NCBI GenBank assembly: GCA_963575745.1 | Contig: CAUYUJ010000002.1 | Span: forward strand, 1,612,001 to 1,676,000 | Reading direction: 5' to 3' | Source: Prorocentrum cordatum | Lineage: Eukaryota | Length of the DNA: 64,000 bases | Shown: positions 46,008 through 57,755 of the stretch, piece after piece | Numbering within the stretch: the stretch's first letter is position 1 | Layout: each line of letters opens with the position of its first letter | Notes under the pieces: generated by a model | Databases searched by the model: none | The model's input: the letters and a program-made list of their open reading frames with translations, nothing else | Told to the model about the DNA's origin: nothing | Translations under genes and position numbers: made by a program

Positions 46008-49000
46008 TCGCGGCGGCATGGGCTGGGGCTCGCAGCTGCCATCTGTTTTACGATTCTGCCTCCAAGTGCTAAATGTCGATGGGCTCGCGCCGCCGCTCGT
46101 GCGAGCCAGTACCAGTGCCAGCAGCAAAGGACGGACCCACGATGATGATGCACGTTAGGGAAATGCTGCGCTCCGAGATCAAGGAGCCGATGGCGAAAGA
46201 TTTCGCGGACGTGAATACGTCCATCGACAATGTACGCAGGGACGTCGAGAGACACGAAGGGCGCCTCAACAACATGGAGCAGGATATCAAGGACTTATGT
46301 CAGGGACGTTCGGCGGTTCCCTCATCCACGGCGGCATCCTCGGTCGGGCATCCGCTGCGCTTCTCGGGGGTGGGGGGCGCGCCGGCACAGCGGGTCGCGT
46401 CGGGGCCGAACAGGGCTTGCGACAAGATATGTGTGACTATCGGCGGCTGGGATCGGGACACACCCCGCGACGCCATCCTGAACGAAGCTTGCGCTCACCG
46501 ACGCCATTCCCGACAAAGTAGAGGATGGGGCGTTCGTCCCGCTCAAGCGTGCCAATTTCCTGAAGGTCAGTTTCACGAGTTCGGGGCGCACGTGGGCGTG
46601 TGTACGTTCGATGAAAGGGAAGCAGATCACAACGCCGCAGCTACATCACCTGGGTCGTCGCTTGTGGAGAAGCCCTCGGGGGAAATCCGGCTGTCAATGA
46701 TGATCTCGCGTGCGAAGAAGGAGATGACCGACAACCTAGGCGTGCTGGCGGCGGACCTCGAGCTGGACTACATTCGGGGCATCATCTGGTGAAAGCAGCA
46801 CAGGTTCGGCGAGATGGTGCGGACCACGGGCCTCATGAGCTTCAAGGAGCACGTCGCGGCCGACATCAGCGCCCATGCGGGCGCGCACCTCAGCCTGGTC
46901 GAGTTCCAGGCCAAGGTCAACCAGCCAATGACTGGACAAGGAGAGGACTCTGGAGGAGTCCGAGGAGCAGATGTGCTTCAAGCTCATCAGCTGGGACGCT
47001 CAGGGCATTGCGAAGCACAGCGCCGAGTACTTTGCAGCGACGCTGCGCGAACAGCACGACCACGACGCGGCCATCTTCCAGGAGGCCGGCTACTGGGGCA
47101 AGACCACGAGGTTGGAGGTCGGCGAGGGCGACTTCTACCTGGTCACACCGCGGGTCGAGTGGCAAAAGCAGATGGGGCTGCCGGTGCGCTCACGGGCTTG
47201 ACTTTTTCTACGAGGAGTTTTGCTACCATGGGGGCGCTCGGCGGCGCGCCTATTTCGCATCCGCAAGACGGACTATTGGATAGCGTGCTGTCACATTTTC
47301 CAGGGCGCCCCCTATGATAACTCCACGGAGGAGCTATCCGACCTGATCACGATGGCACCGCTTGGGGCGTGCCCGATCGTGGGCGCGGACGCGCGGGCGA
47401 CCTTGCCCCCCCCCCCGCAGGCGGACGAGGAGCGCTGGATCGGGGACTTCCCAGTCGGTCAGCGCACGCGTCGCGCCGAGATGTTGACGAGATTTCTCAT
47501 GCAGCGCGACCTGGCGGCGGCGAACACGTTCACTGCGGCGGCGAGCGGGCCCGCCTGCCACTGCGATTTCAAGCGTCCGCCAGCCCAGATCGACTCTGTC
47601 CTGATTCCCGATCGCGACATCTGGAAGGCCGCACCACGCTAGAGGAGGTCCGACAGCGCGCAATCCGACCACGCGGCCATCAAGCTGGAGTCCACCCTTG
47701 GCACCAGGAGGCGCTGTATCTGGAACGGAGGTCGTGCGCCTATGAAGGGCTGGACCTGTCTCGACAACCGCTTCCAGCGCTGGAGCCACGGCGCCTGCTA
47801 CGCCGAGCACAACCCAGCGCCGATTACTTCCATGGCGGACGCAGTGCACCTGGCTGCCGCTGCCTGTGGCAGGGGCCTACCTGCGAGGAGGGTTCCCAGG
47901 CTCCCCGAGGGCCGCGAGCTCATGCAGACGCTGCGGATGTTGGAAGCGCGTCGGCGGGTCACACGCGACCGCGTTCAGCGCGCGATCTACAGCGAGGATG
48001 CCATCCGGATCCGCGGGAAGGTCTGGGCCGCGAACAGGGCCCTGCAGCACTGCCTCCACGAGGCTGGCAATCCCCGAGCACGAGCGCCTGAGGGCCTCGC
48101 CGAGCTCAGCCTGGCGCGATCCACGACCAGCCGATGAACGCGGAGGGGGGCATCGATGACGACCCGCTGCGGATCAAGGAGCTCCTGGAGCGCGATTACG
48201 GCAGCGCCTGCAGGGCCAGCGACAGGGAGGAGCTCGTCGGGGCCACTGCCTGCCTCGCCCACTTCACGACGGAGGATGCATTCGATATCCCGCCCTTCTC
48301 GCCCGAGATGCTCCGCGAGGCTCTGTGCGACATGAAGGCCATGCGGGCGCCTGGCGTGGGCGGGGTGGTCGCCGAGGTTTTGCAGGCCCTCGACTCGGGC
48401 TCCCTCGCCTCGCTCGCGGCCGTCTTCGAGAGCCACTTCCGCGGGGTATCCGAGCATGCCAGTGGCCAGGCCTGGTCGAAGCACATCATCCAGCTCATGA
48501 TGAAGAAGGGAGGCAAGCACGCGCTCAAGGGGTACAGGCCGATCATGCTCCTCACTACCTTCGAGAAGCTCTACTCGGTTGGCCTAGTCAAGAAGTGTGC
48601 CAGTTGACCCTGCGGAACCCACAGTGCGCCTTTCGGGAGCTCCACCAAGCGATGGGCGTGACCTTCAGCATGCGCATGATGGCGGAGAAGGCCCGCAAGT
48701 GGAACATACCCATCTCTATCATGGATGGCGATATCGAGGCGGCATTCGACCGCGTCTCGCACCGCTCGGTCGAGGAGACACTGAGAAGAAGGGCTGTGCC
48801 AGGGCCCGTGATCCTTGCCATCACGAGGGAATTGAAGGCGACGGCCGTGATCACCATGTGCTCGATCCAGACGCAACCAGTACCTCGGACACGCGGCATT
48901 CGACAAGGAGATCTAGCCAGCGCGATCCCCTTCAATCTCGTGCTGGAGGATGCCTGGGAGGAGTTCCTGGGCGAATGCCGGACGCGCGGCCGGGGCTGCG

Positions 49001-49980
49001 AGTTCCCGGGCGAGGCGACATTGTACGAGGCGGGGCTTCTCTACGCCGACATTCTGGCTGTTTGCGGGCACGGCCGGGTCGCTGCGCCAGATGGCGATGG
49101 CCTGGCGGCGTTTCCTGCGAGCTCGCGGCCGGCGCGTACCTCCCTCGGGTTTGACCTGGGGTACGACGGCGCTGGACCACGAGTTCAGCGACTACCAGAT
49201 GAGGGTCGAGGATGGCGTCCTGGCGCGCACGCCTCGTGCCGAGGGTTTTCCTTGCCTCGGCTTTATTTTCACTTTCGATGGATGGTATTGGAAGGGCGCG
49301 CGGCACAGGGTAGCTCGCGCCAGGAGAGCCTTTTACGCTCTCAAGATGTCTCTACCTGGACGCGCCTGCCGCTGGCAGCATACCGCGAAGCTGCTCGAGT
49401 CAGCAATCAAACCTGTCTTGCTCCACGGGTCAGCATCGCGGTGCCCCGCGGCCAGGGATCTCAATCTAATTCGAGTCACGCACCGCGCATGTTCTCTCAG
49501 CTGACTTCTGTCGCCGCCGCTGGCGCCGCGTCTCTGCCGCTCTCCAGTCCCGCGCGACATGGGACTTAGACGTGAATCTTTGCAGGCTGACCTGGGCTGG
49601 GCACCTGGCCCGCCAGCCCGCCCTGCCAGACGCCACACCCGCCCAGCTTGTGCCTTTCCATTTGCTACAGTGGCGCAGATTGGGCTTGCTCCAGAGAGTG
49701 AAACGCGAGCGCGGATTCCAGACGCATGGCCGCATGTTGAAGGCCCGGCGATGGGAAGGGGGACCTTGCCCGACTGCTCGGTTCCGATTTGGCTCGCGGA
49801 TGCAGGCCAGCGCAGCAAGGTATAATGGCTCGCTCGCGGTCGCCCGCTCGCACGCCAGCTGCGCTGACCTCAATCTTCTCGTGCCTCACGCGAGGCGCTT
49901 TTGCATGACGTTCCTTTCAGCAGCTTGACGTGCCGTCTCAGGCGCAGGGGAGACCTGGAGGGCACGGTGCGAAGAACAAA
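45996..49980 (+). mobile_element. Full-length but degenerate LINE (ORF1 relic, APE, RT) inserted in (CAT)n
   Basis: ORF1 from 46073 with a coiled segment. APE motifs LISWDAQG, FQEAG, VGADA, LAAANTF, QIDSVL, SDHAAI. RT motifs RAPG, YRPIMLL, DIEAAFDRVSH, GIRQGD.AS, LYAD. Many stops and frameshifts. Confidence 0.85.
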
Positions 49981-50587
49981 GTGCATCATCAGCAGCATCG
50001 TCATCATCGTCATCACAAAGCAGTCTTCACTACCATCATCAGCATCATCACTACCATCATCAGCATCGTCATCAGCATCGTCATCGTCATCGCCATCTTC
50101 AGCAACTTCATCATCACCACCATCATTGGAAGCACAATCGTCGCCAGCAGCATCATACTCGTCTTCGTCATCATCGTAACCTCCATCGTCATCACCAGCA
50201 TCATAAGCATCATCATCAGCAGCGTCATCATCATTATTATGCTCATCAGCAACACCATCATTGTCATCAATTCCCCATCATCATTATCGTCATCATCGTG
50301 ATTATCGTCACCACCAGTATCAACACCATCCGTTTCAGAAATATCATCATCGCCACCACCATCATCATCATCACCATCATCAGCATTTCCATCGTTATCA
50401 TTTTGAACGTGCTCCCTTTCCACTGGGCCACGGCGTCTCAGCCCCACCGGCCCGCCGTCCCATAGGTGGGGATAGGCCACGCGACACTCGAAGGAACAGG
50501 CGCATATCCACACCTGGGTGGGCAAGGCGGCCAGTGGGACCGAGGCCACGCCAGTGGGCACCGGTATCGGTCACACGATGCTCAGAG

Positions 50588-50679
50588 GCTGCTTCGGTCG
50601 CCGAGGCGGAGGTCTGCCAGGGAACGGGCCGGGGGCGCCTGCCGTCGTGCCAGCTGGCGCAGTGCGCTGCGTCGACCAG
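50588..50679 (+). CDS. Possible downstream exon of host gene (AASVAEAEVCQGTGRGRLPSCQLAQCAASTR)
   Basis: cagag| acceptor in phase 0 with the same GAGGCT junction as the 45088 donor. GT at 50680. Confidence 0.4.
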
Positions 50680-50874
50680 GTGCGACTCGCCTCGCCCGCG
50701 GAAGCGGTCGCAGTTGCTGGGCGGCGGCTAGAAAGGCCGGCCGCCTGGCTCGCAGGGCGAGGAGGCGAGCGAGTCGGAGCTCACGCAATGGGGTCAGCGC
50801 TAACGACTCGGGACGATCGGAGTGGGTACGGAGAGGATGGGTACGATGCCCAACAGCTGTTCCTGATCATTTTT

Positions 50875-52388
50875 CTCGGAAAGGGCCTAGGCCCAGGGTT
50901 CTCTTTTAGCTGTTTGCCCCCGGGTCTGGCAGGAAGAGGGCCGGCGGATTTCTTTTGCAATAAATAACGAGTGGGAAGAGGGTCGGCGAATTAAAATTTG
51001 AGGATGTCCCCAGCGAAACGCTTGTTTTCAGAATTTGTTGAGGATGTCTCGAGCGAAACGCTTGTTTTGTGTTAAAGATTGTCCTCTCCTGGGGACCTGA
51101 ATTCAGAGGATCTCTCAAGTGAAATGCTTGTTTTCACGTGCCCAGGTCTTGAGGATGTCTCGAACGAGACGCTTGGTTTCACGCCTCCAGGTTGCCCAGA
51201 CAGATGTCCAGTATGAGGATTTGTTGAGGATTTCTCGAACCAGAGGCTTGTTTTCACGTGTCCAGGTCGCCCAGGCGGATGTCTAGCATGAGGATGTGTC
51301 GAGGAAATCTCGACCGAGACGCTTGTTTGCACGTGTCCAGGTTGCCCAGGCGGATGTCTAGCGTGAGGATGTGCTGAGAACGTCTTGAGCGAAACGCGTG
51401 TTTTCACGTGTCCAGGTCGCCCAGGCACAGCACAGCCCTCGGCACGGTACATCAATATCGATACCTTGAGCATTGCAGCTTGGCATGTTGCCTGGCACGT
51501 TCCGCGGAGCGTCCCGTGGCGAGTCCCCCTGGCACGTCGCGCGGTGCACGTCCATTGGCACGTTCCGTAGCGCGTCCCCTTGGCACGTCCCGCGGTGCGT
51601 GCCCATGGCACGTCTCCTGGCACGTCGCCTGGCGCGTCCCTTGGGACGTTCCGCGGCGCGTCCTCCTGGCATGTCCCCCTGTCGATTAGTTCTGGGGCAG
51701 CTACCATCTGCTCAGGCAGCTCGAGCTTAAGATCCAGATCAGTTCGGTCAGGACTCGGATGCAAAGAGGACTCGATCCACAACGCTATATAGAGCACAAT
51801 CGCGGCATGTCACATCGCACTTCAGCACGGCCAGCACAGCGCAGCCGTCGGCACGGTACATCAAGATCGATACATTCAACATAGCATCTTGGCACGTTCC
51901 TTGGCGCGTTCCTTGGCGAGTCCACCTGGCACGTCGCGCGGAGCGTCCCCTGGAACGTCCCGCGGCACGTCCATTGGCACGTTCCGTAGCGCGTCCCCTT
52001 GGCACGTCCCGCGGTGCGTGCACATGGCACGTCCCCTGGCACGCCGCCTGGCGCGTCCCTTGGGACGTTCCGCGGCGCGGCCTCCTGGCATGTCCCCTCT
52101 GTCGATTAGTTCTGGGACAGCTACCATCTGCTCAGGCAGCTCGAGCTTAAGATCCAGATCTGTTCGGTCAGGACTCGGATGCCAGGGAGGACTCGATCCA
52201 CAACGCCATATAGAGCACAATCGCGGCATGGAACATCGCAGTTCAGCACGGCCAGCACAGCACAGCCCTCGGCACAGTACAATTTGTACATTCAGCACTG
52301 CAGTTGCCCGTCGCCCAATCAAGTGTCTCTGAAACGTTGCCATGCCTTACATTTCTATATTCCTTTCCGGGTTCGTGGGTCGATCATG
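50875..52388 (+). mobile_element. Helitron2/Helentron-like element E7 (second internal type), inserted in a family G MITE
   Basis: CTCGGAAAGGG start, CCTTTCCGGGTTCGTGGGTCGATCATG end, internal about 420-bp duplication with GGCACGTCCC repeats. Confidence 0.8.
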
Positions 52389-52962
52389 TTTGAACAGGAT
52401 TCGCTGTCCGCGCCGCCGCGGGCGTTGTTCTTTGAGGACAAAAAGCCGCCCGCCCAACAGCGGCCACTGTCGGTTTTGGCCAACATTTGTTGTTGGGCCA
52501 TTGGGCATTGTACCCGTGTTGTCCGTACCCATTTCGGGTCTCCAAAACGGAGGTCAGCCAATCCTTTGCGAGATCTTCTGGCTGACCGGGGTTCGGGAGC
52601 CACCTGGAGCCGACCCGCTCCCCCGCCCCTCGCTGATGCGGGTTCGGGAGCTGCTTCGTGGTCGGCCTGGGCTCGCGACGTGGCCTTGGTCGACCTGGGT
52701 TTTTGCGCTGACCCAGGTCGGTACGTCCTCGAGCAAGATCGCCTCGCTGCAGGATCTCCCGAGATGCACCAGCAGACGCTGCCAGTGCACTGTGCAGTGC
52801 AGGCTGGAGCTGGGGGTGACTGTCCAGCTGCCTGCGGCAAGCCCCGCCACCGCACCAGCGCAACATCGAATTGCACCATGACAGTCCTACCGAGCCCTCA
52901 CGAAGAGGATCGGTTGGATCATCTTGGGGCCATTGGGAAAGCAGCGGGACGATGCTGTAGCG

Positions 52963-53103
52963 TTAAGTCGGGCACGTCCTTCTACAGGGGGAATATTGCA
53001 AAACTGTAAAAAGTAGTCTGGGGACGATGTTTCGATTCTTTCTCAACTCTTATGTTTAAGTTTCCGCCCCAAATCCGCCTGTAGGGGGACACGCCCGACC
53101 TAA
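52963..53103. mobile_element. hAT-like MITE family H, compact 141-bp copy
   Basis: ttaagtcgggcacgtccttctacagg ... cctgtagggggacacgcccgacctaa, with TSD ctgtagcg/ctgtcgcg. Confidence 0.85.
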
Positions 53104-54030
53104 CTGTCGCGTGACTTTGTCGTAACTTTGCGCGCTGTTGCGCCGCACCCCAGGAGCTTCTGGGAGACTTCTTGGGCGATTCGTTGGGGCACTTGGGGGC
53201 CCTCTTGGGGATGGAGTGTGGGTTTCAGGAAGGCTTCTTCGGGGCCCGTTGTGGGTCCTGGAGCCCTCTTGGTGCGTGATGATATCGAGCACTCCCGTCT
53301 GGTCGGCTCTTCCGGCCGTCTTGGGGCAGTCTTGGCGAGATTATTCGGGCCGTCTTGAAGTGGGACCCGTTCGGGTCGTCGTGGGTTGCTTGCAGTATTG
53401 ATGAAGCAAGCTTAGGCTGGAGACGGCTTGTTGTTCAGTGTATGTGGTATCCCAGGGCATGCTGGAGGGCGCCATTGGCGCCACTTGAGGGCTCACTGGT
53501 GGCTGGGGCCTTTGGGGAGTAAGTTGTCCAGCTATCCTTGGGGAGTAAGTAGTTCAGCTATCCTAGAGGCGTGCATGCGATGGGGGGTCCTGGAGAAGTA
53601 CGTAAGCCTTTTATGACAGCGAGCAGCTACTATATCACGCCAAGGCGTGCTGTCGTCACAGCGGCGGACCTGCACTCGAGGTGAAGGATAACTTGTGTTT
53701 CTCAGTATGCCCCCCTCCTTTCTTTCTACCTTAGCACCCTCCCCCCCAGCACCCCTCACCACCACAGCTTCCAGAATTGCTGCACGCGAATTGCAAGACT
53801 GCATGTGCGGATGACTCCGGGAGCATCGCATGGAGCATCCCCAACAAAAAATATCCCCTCCCTGCGCTCGTATCTACACCCGCGAATCTCGTGTGCGCGC
53901 GCCGCTCTCGAGACAGCACCCGCCCGGCGGAGTGCCGCGACGGGTTGTGAGATCGTGTTCGTATTTGTTGTTTTGCCGATCGGCGTGGGCCCTCGCCCCC
54001 CCCCCTCCCCCCCCCCGCCGTGGAGTAGAT

Positions 54031-54229
54031 CTTTCGAAGAAGAGAAAACGCCAAAAGCATAAACTTGTGGCGCTCCGCGCGGATTTCTTGGATCCGCGCT
54101 GGGCCCCCCCTGGCGGCGCCTCCGGCGCCGCCCCTGGCGCGCTCTGCGCGCCAGGGAGGGGGATTCAGCGCGGATCCAGGAAATCCGCGCGGAGCGTCAA
54201 AAGTTTATGTGAAATTTTCTTTTTTCCAG
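54031..54229. mobile_element. MITE family M, best-preserved copy
   Basis: Long TIRs. GGAGTAGATCTT occurs on both sides (54022-33, 54229-40) but once in the empty paralogue near 18310. Confidence 0.85.
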
Positions 54230-56174
54230 GAGTAGATCTTGGCTGTTTGGGGCGCCTGTTTCAGGCAGGTGGAGCCTCTCCCCCACAGGACGCACTGCTG
54301 CAACCAGTCGCATTCAGCAGAGGTCTGGAAACAGACCTCCTCCCCCCCCTCCCTCTTACCGCCCAGTGTCGCAACGCCGAGCAAAAAAAAGCTCACGTTC
54401 CAGATCGCGCGACGGGAGGGTCGGCAGCCACGGCCCCGGAAGGGGCCCCTGGCGGGCCTCCGGGCGCCGCCCCTAACCCACCAGAGGCGGCGGCCCAGGA
54501 GGTCTCCAGAAGCCTCGGGGGGGGGGGCCTCGGGCCCCCGAGCGGAGCAGGCACCACGTCCTGCAGGAGGGAAATATAAGAAAATATTGGAAATGGGCGG
54601 AAAGACGAAACCCAGAAAATGTTGGAAAATACGGGTGAATCCTGGGATTTGTGTCTATGTGTTAGTGTGTCCCTGGGCCCGTTAAATCCTGTGGTGAGAC
54701 CGGGGGGACTGCGGGTGCGCACGCTTTTGGGACTCGGGCCGTTCTCCGAGGATGTCTCGGGCGACCGGGGCCTGCGAGGTCCCAGAGCGGTGCGGTGACG
54801 GACCCGTGCAGTGAGGTCGCTTGGGGTTTCGGGGTCACCGCACGGTCTGTCACCGCACCGCGTCTGGACTCCCGCGCCTGTACGTAGATCGAAGGCATTT
54901 TCCCCGATCCATGAATATGGCGCCCACGCGCCAGATCCACGCAGATCCGTAATGATGGGCTTATTCTCCACCACCAATACCAAAGGTAGGAGGCGGAGGG
55001 AAGAGGAGGAGGAGGAGGAGGAGGACCAGTGTAAACCCAAGACTCATCCATGATGTTGGAATAGATCCTCCCTCCGAGCTCCCTCTTCATAGACACTGAG
55101 AGAACTGCCTCGTTTGGAGACAACCGTATGAAGACCCTGAAGCATGCCACAACATCATTCTCGGGACTCCAACGCCACGGATCAACTTGATTGTTGCGTC
55201 TTGATCGTGCCAGAACATCATTCTTGGGATTTCAACACCGCGAATCAACGTTAATTATGCATCCCCGCAATCCTGAGGCCTTCCAAAACATCACTTCTGG
55301 TACGTTGGCCATGGGAACCCGCGAAACTCGTGCAACATTTGAAAACGAATGTGCGTGGCGCGAAGGCGCAAGACACATTTCGAAAACGAACCGCACTCAA
55401 TCCGTGAAACTATTGCAGATGTTTACGTAAGACGAGCGCGCGCGGCGCTCAAGCGAGAGGCACATGTTGAAAATTGCCCCCCCTCAATCCGTGAAAAGTT
55501 GCCAAGGTGAGTTTCAGGGTCGTAGATGCTAGGCGAAACGCCCGGCCCGCCCTTTCGACCGGCCTCTGGGCGCGACAGGGAGGAGTTATTGATAAGAAAA
55601 TGAATGGAGGAGGAGGAGGAGAAGAAGAAGAAGAAGAGGACGAAGAGGAGGATGAGGAGGAGGAGGAGAATTATGAGGAGGGGGAGGAGAAGGAGGAGAG
55701 GAGGACCTCCACATCCTCCCCTCTCCCCCGTCCTACATCGGTAGTGGCGGTGGTGGAAGATTGGCCCATCACGTGATCCGTGTGAGCGGCTGGCCCGGGC
55801 CAAAGGGGGTTGCTACCCCAAGGAGGAGCTTAGACAACGAACCTAGCTGGAGCCCGCCTCCTTCAGCCAGGGGCCGCTACTTCTCAGGAGGAGGAAGACA
55901 CACAGAGACAAAGAGTCGTCGGCTCCTGGGAAGCGATGGGAAGAGATGGGCAGTGGGGTGGCGGACGAAAGTCCAGAAGATATGGAAAACATATATGGGG
56001 GATCCTGGGATCTGTGTCTCTTCATCTGTGTGTCCTGGGGCCCCCTCAGCTTTCCTCGACCCCAACCCCTGCCCCCCCCCCACACATCCGGCGCCTCGAC
56101 TTTTGTTTCAGGCACGGGCGCCCGATTTCTCGACCACTTCCCGAGGACCGGTTGTTCCTCCCGTGTCATTTTTT

Positions 56175-57754
56175 CCCGGAAAGGGCTGGGGCCCAGGGTT
56201 CTCTTTTAGTTGGTAAACCTGTCCCCCGGTGCCAACTTGAAGGAGGCCGGCGGATTTTTTCCCTGATAAATATCGAGGTCGAAGGAGGCCGGCGGATTAA
56301 AATTTGAGGATGTCTCGAGCGAAACGCTTGTTTTTGAAATCCCGATCGATAAATCACAGGGTGCGGGCCACTTTTTCGTGTGTTGAGGATGTCTCGAGCG
56401 AAACGCTTGCTCCGCAGAGTTTGCCGAGGATGTCTCGAGCGAAACGCTTGTTTTGCAGAGCCGACCGCGACGCGGAAAAGCGCCCCGCGCGAAGGAATTT
56501 CGATGATGTCTCGACTAATTCGTTTGTTTTTGTACGATTTCCTGGAATTTTGGCAGGATGTCTCGAGCGAAATGCACGACCCCACCCTAGCACGACCATA
56601 CCCCAGCACGACCACACCCCAGCACGACCAGACCCCAGCACGACCCCACCCCAGCACGACCCCACCCCAGCACGACCATACCCCAGCACGACCACACCCC
56701 AGCACGACCCGACCCCAGCACGACCCTACCCCAGCAAGACCACACCCCAGCACGACCACACCCCAGCACGACCTCACCACAGCACGACCACACCCCAGCA
56801 CGACCACGCCCCAGCACGACCACGCCCCAGCACGACCACGCACGACCTACCCCCCCAGCACGACCACCCCCAGCACGACCACACCCCAGCACGCACGACC
56901 ACACCCCAGCACGACCACTCCCCAGCACGACCACACCCCAGCACGACCACACCCCAGCACGACACACCCCAGCACGACCACACCCCAGCACGACCACACC
57001 CCAGCACGACCCGATCGATAAATCACAGGGTGCGGAGCACCCCAGCACGAACCCACCCCAGCACGACCCCACCCCAGCACGACCCCACCCCAGCACGACC
57101 ACGCCCCAGCACGACCACACCCCAGCACGACCACCCCCCAGCACGACCACTCCCCAGCACGACCCCACCCCAGCACGACCCCACCCTAGCACGACCACAC
57201 CCCAGCACGACCACACCCCAGCACGACCCCACCCCAGCACGAGCACACCCCAGCACGACCCCACCCCAGCAAGACCACACCCCAGCACGACCGCACCCCA
57301 GCACGACCTTACCACAGCACGACCACACCCCAGCACGACCACGCCCCAGCACGACCACGCCCCAGCACGACCACGCCCCAGCACGACCACGCCCCAGCAC
57401 GACCACGCCCCAGCACGACCACCCCCCAGCACGACACGACCACCCCCAGCACGACCACCCCCCAGCACGACCACACCCCAGCACGACCACTCCCCAGCAC
57501 GACCACACCGCCTTGGTTGAGTGGTTGCCTGTCGTCGTGGAATGTTTCGTGGGGTGTCTCGTGGAATGTTTCGCGGGGTGTCTCGTGAAATGTTTCGTGA
57601 GGTGTCTCGTGGAATGTTTCGTGAGGTGTCTCGTGGGCTGTTTCGTGAGGTGTCTCGTGGGATGTTTCGTGAGGTGTTGCCCAGTTGGGTATCATGAAAA
57701 CGTGTCCATGCTCCACATGTCTATATCCCTTTCCGGGTTCGTGGGTCCATCATG
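56175..57754 (+). mobile_element. Helitron2/Helentron-like element E8
   Basis: Same termini, very similar to E5. Confidence 0.8.
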
Positions 57755-57755
57755 T

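Noticed and set aside
52560..52900. Further exon of the host gene
   Set aside because: It looks coding-like, but I could not fix phase-consistent splice sites, so it is left uncalled.
52963..53103. Family H as a PIF/Harbinger MITE with TAA TSD
   Set aside because: TTA/TAA belongs to the TIR. An 8-bp duplication lies outside it in all six copies (5/8 to 8/8 identity).
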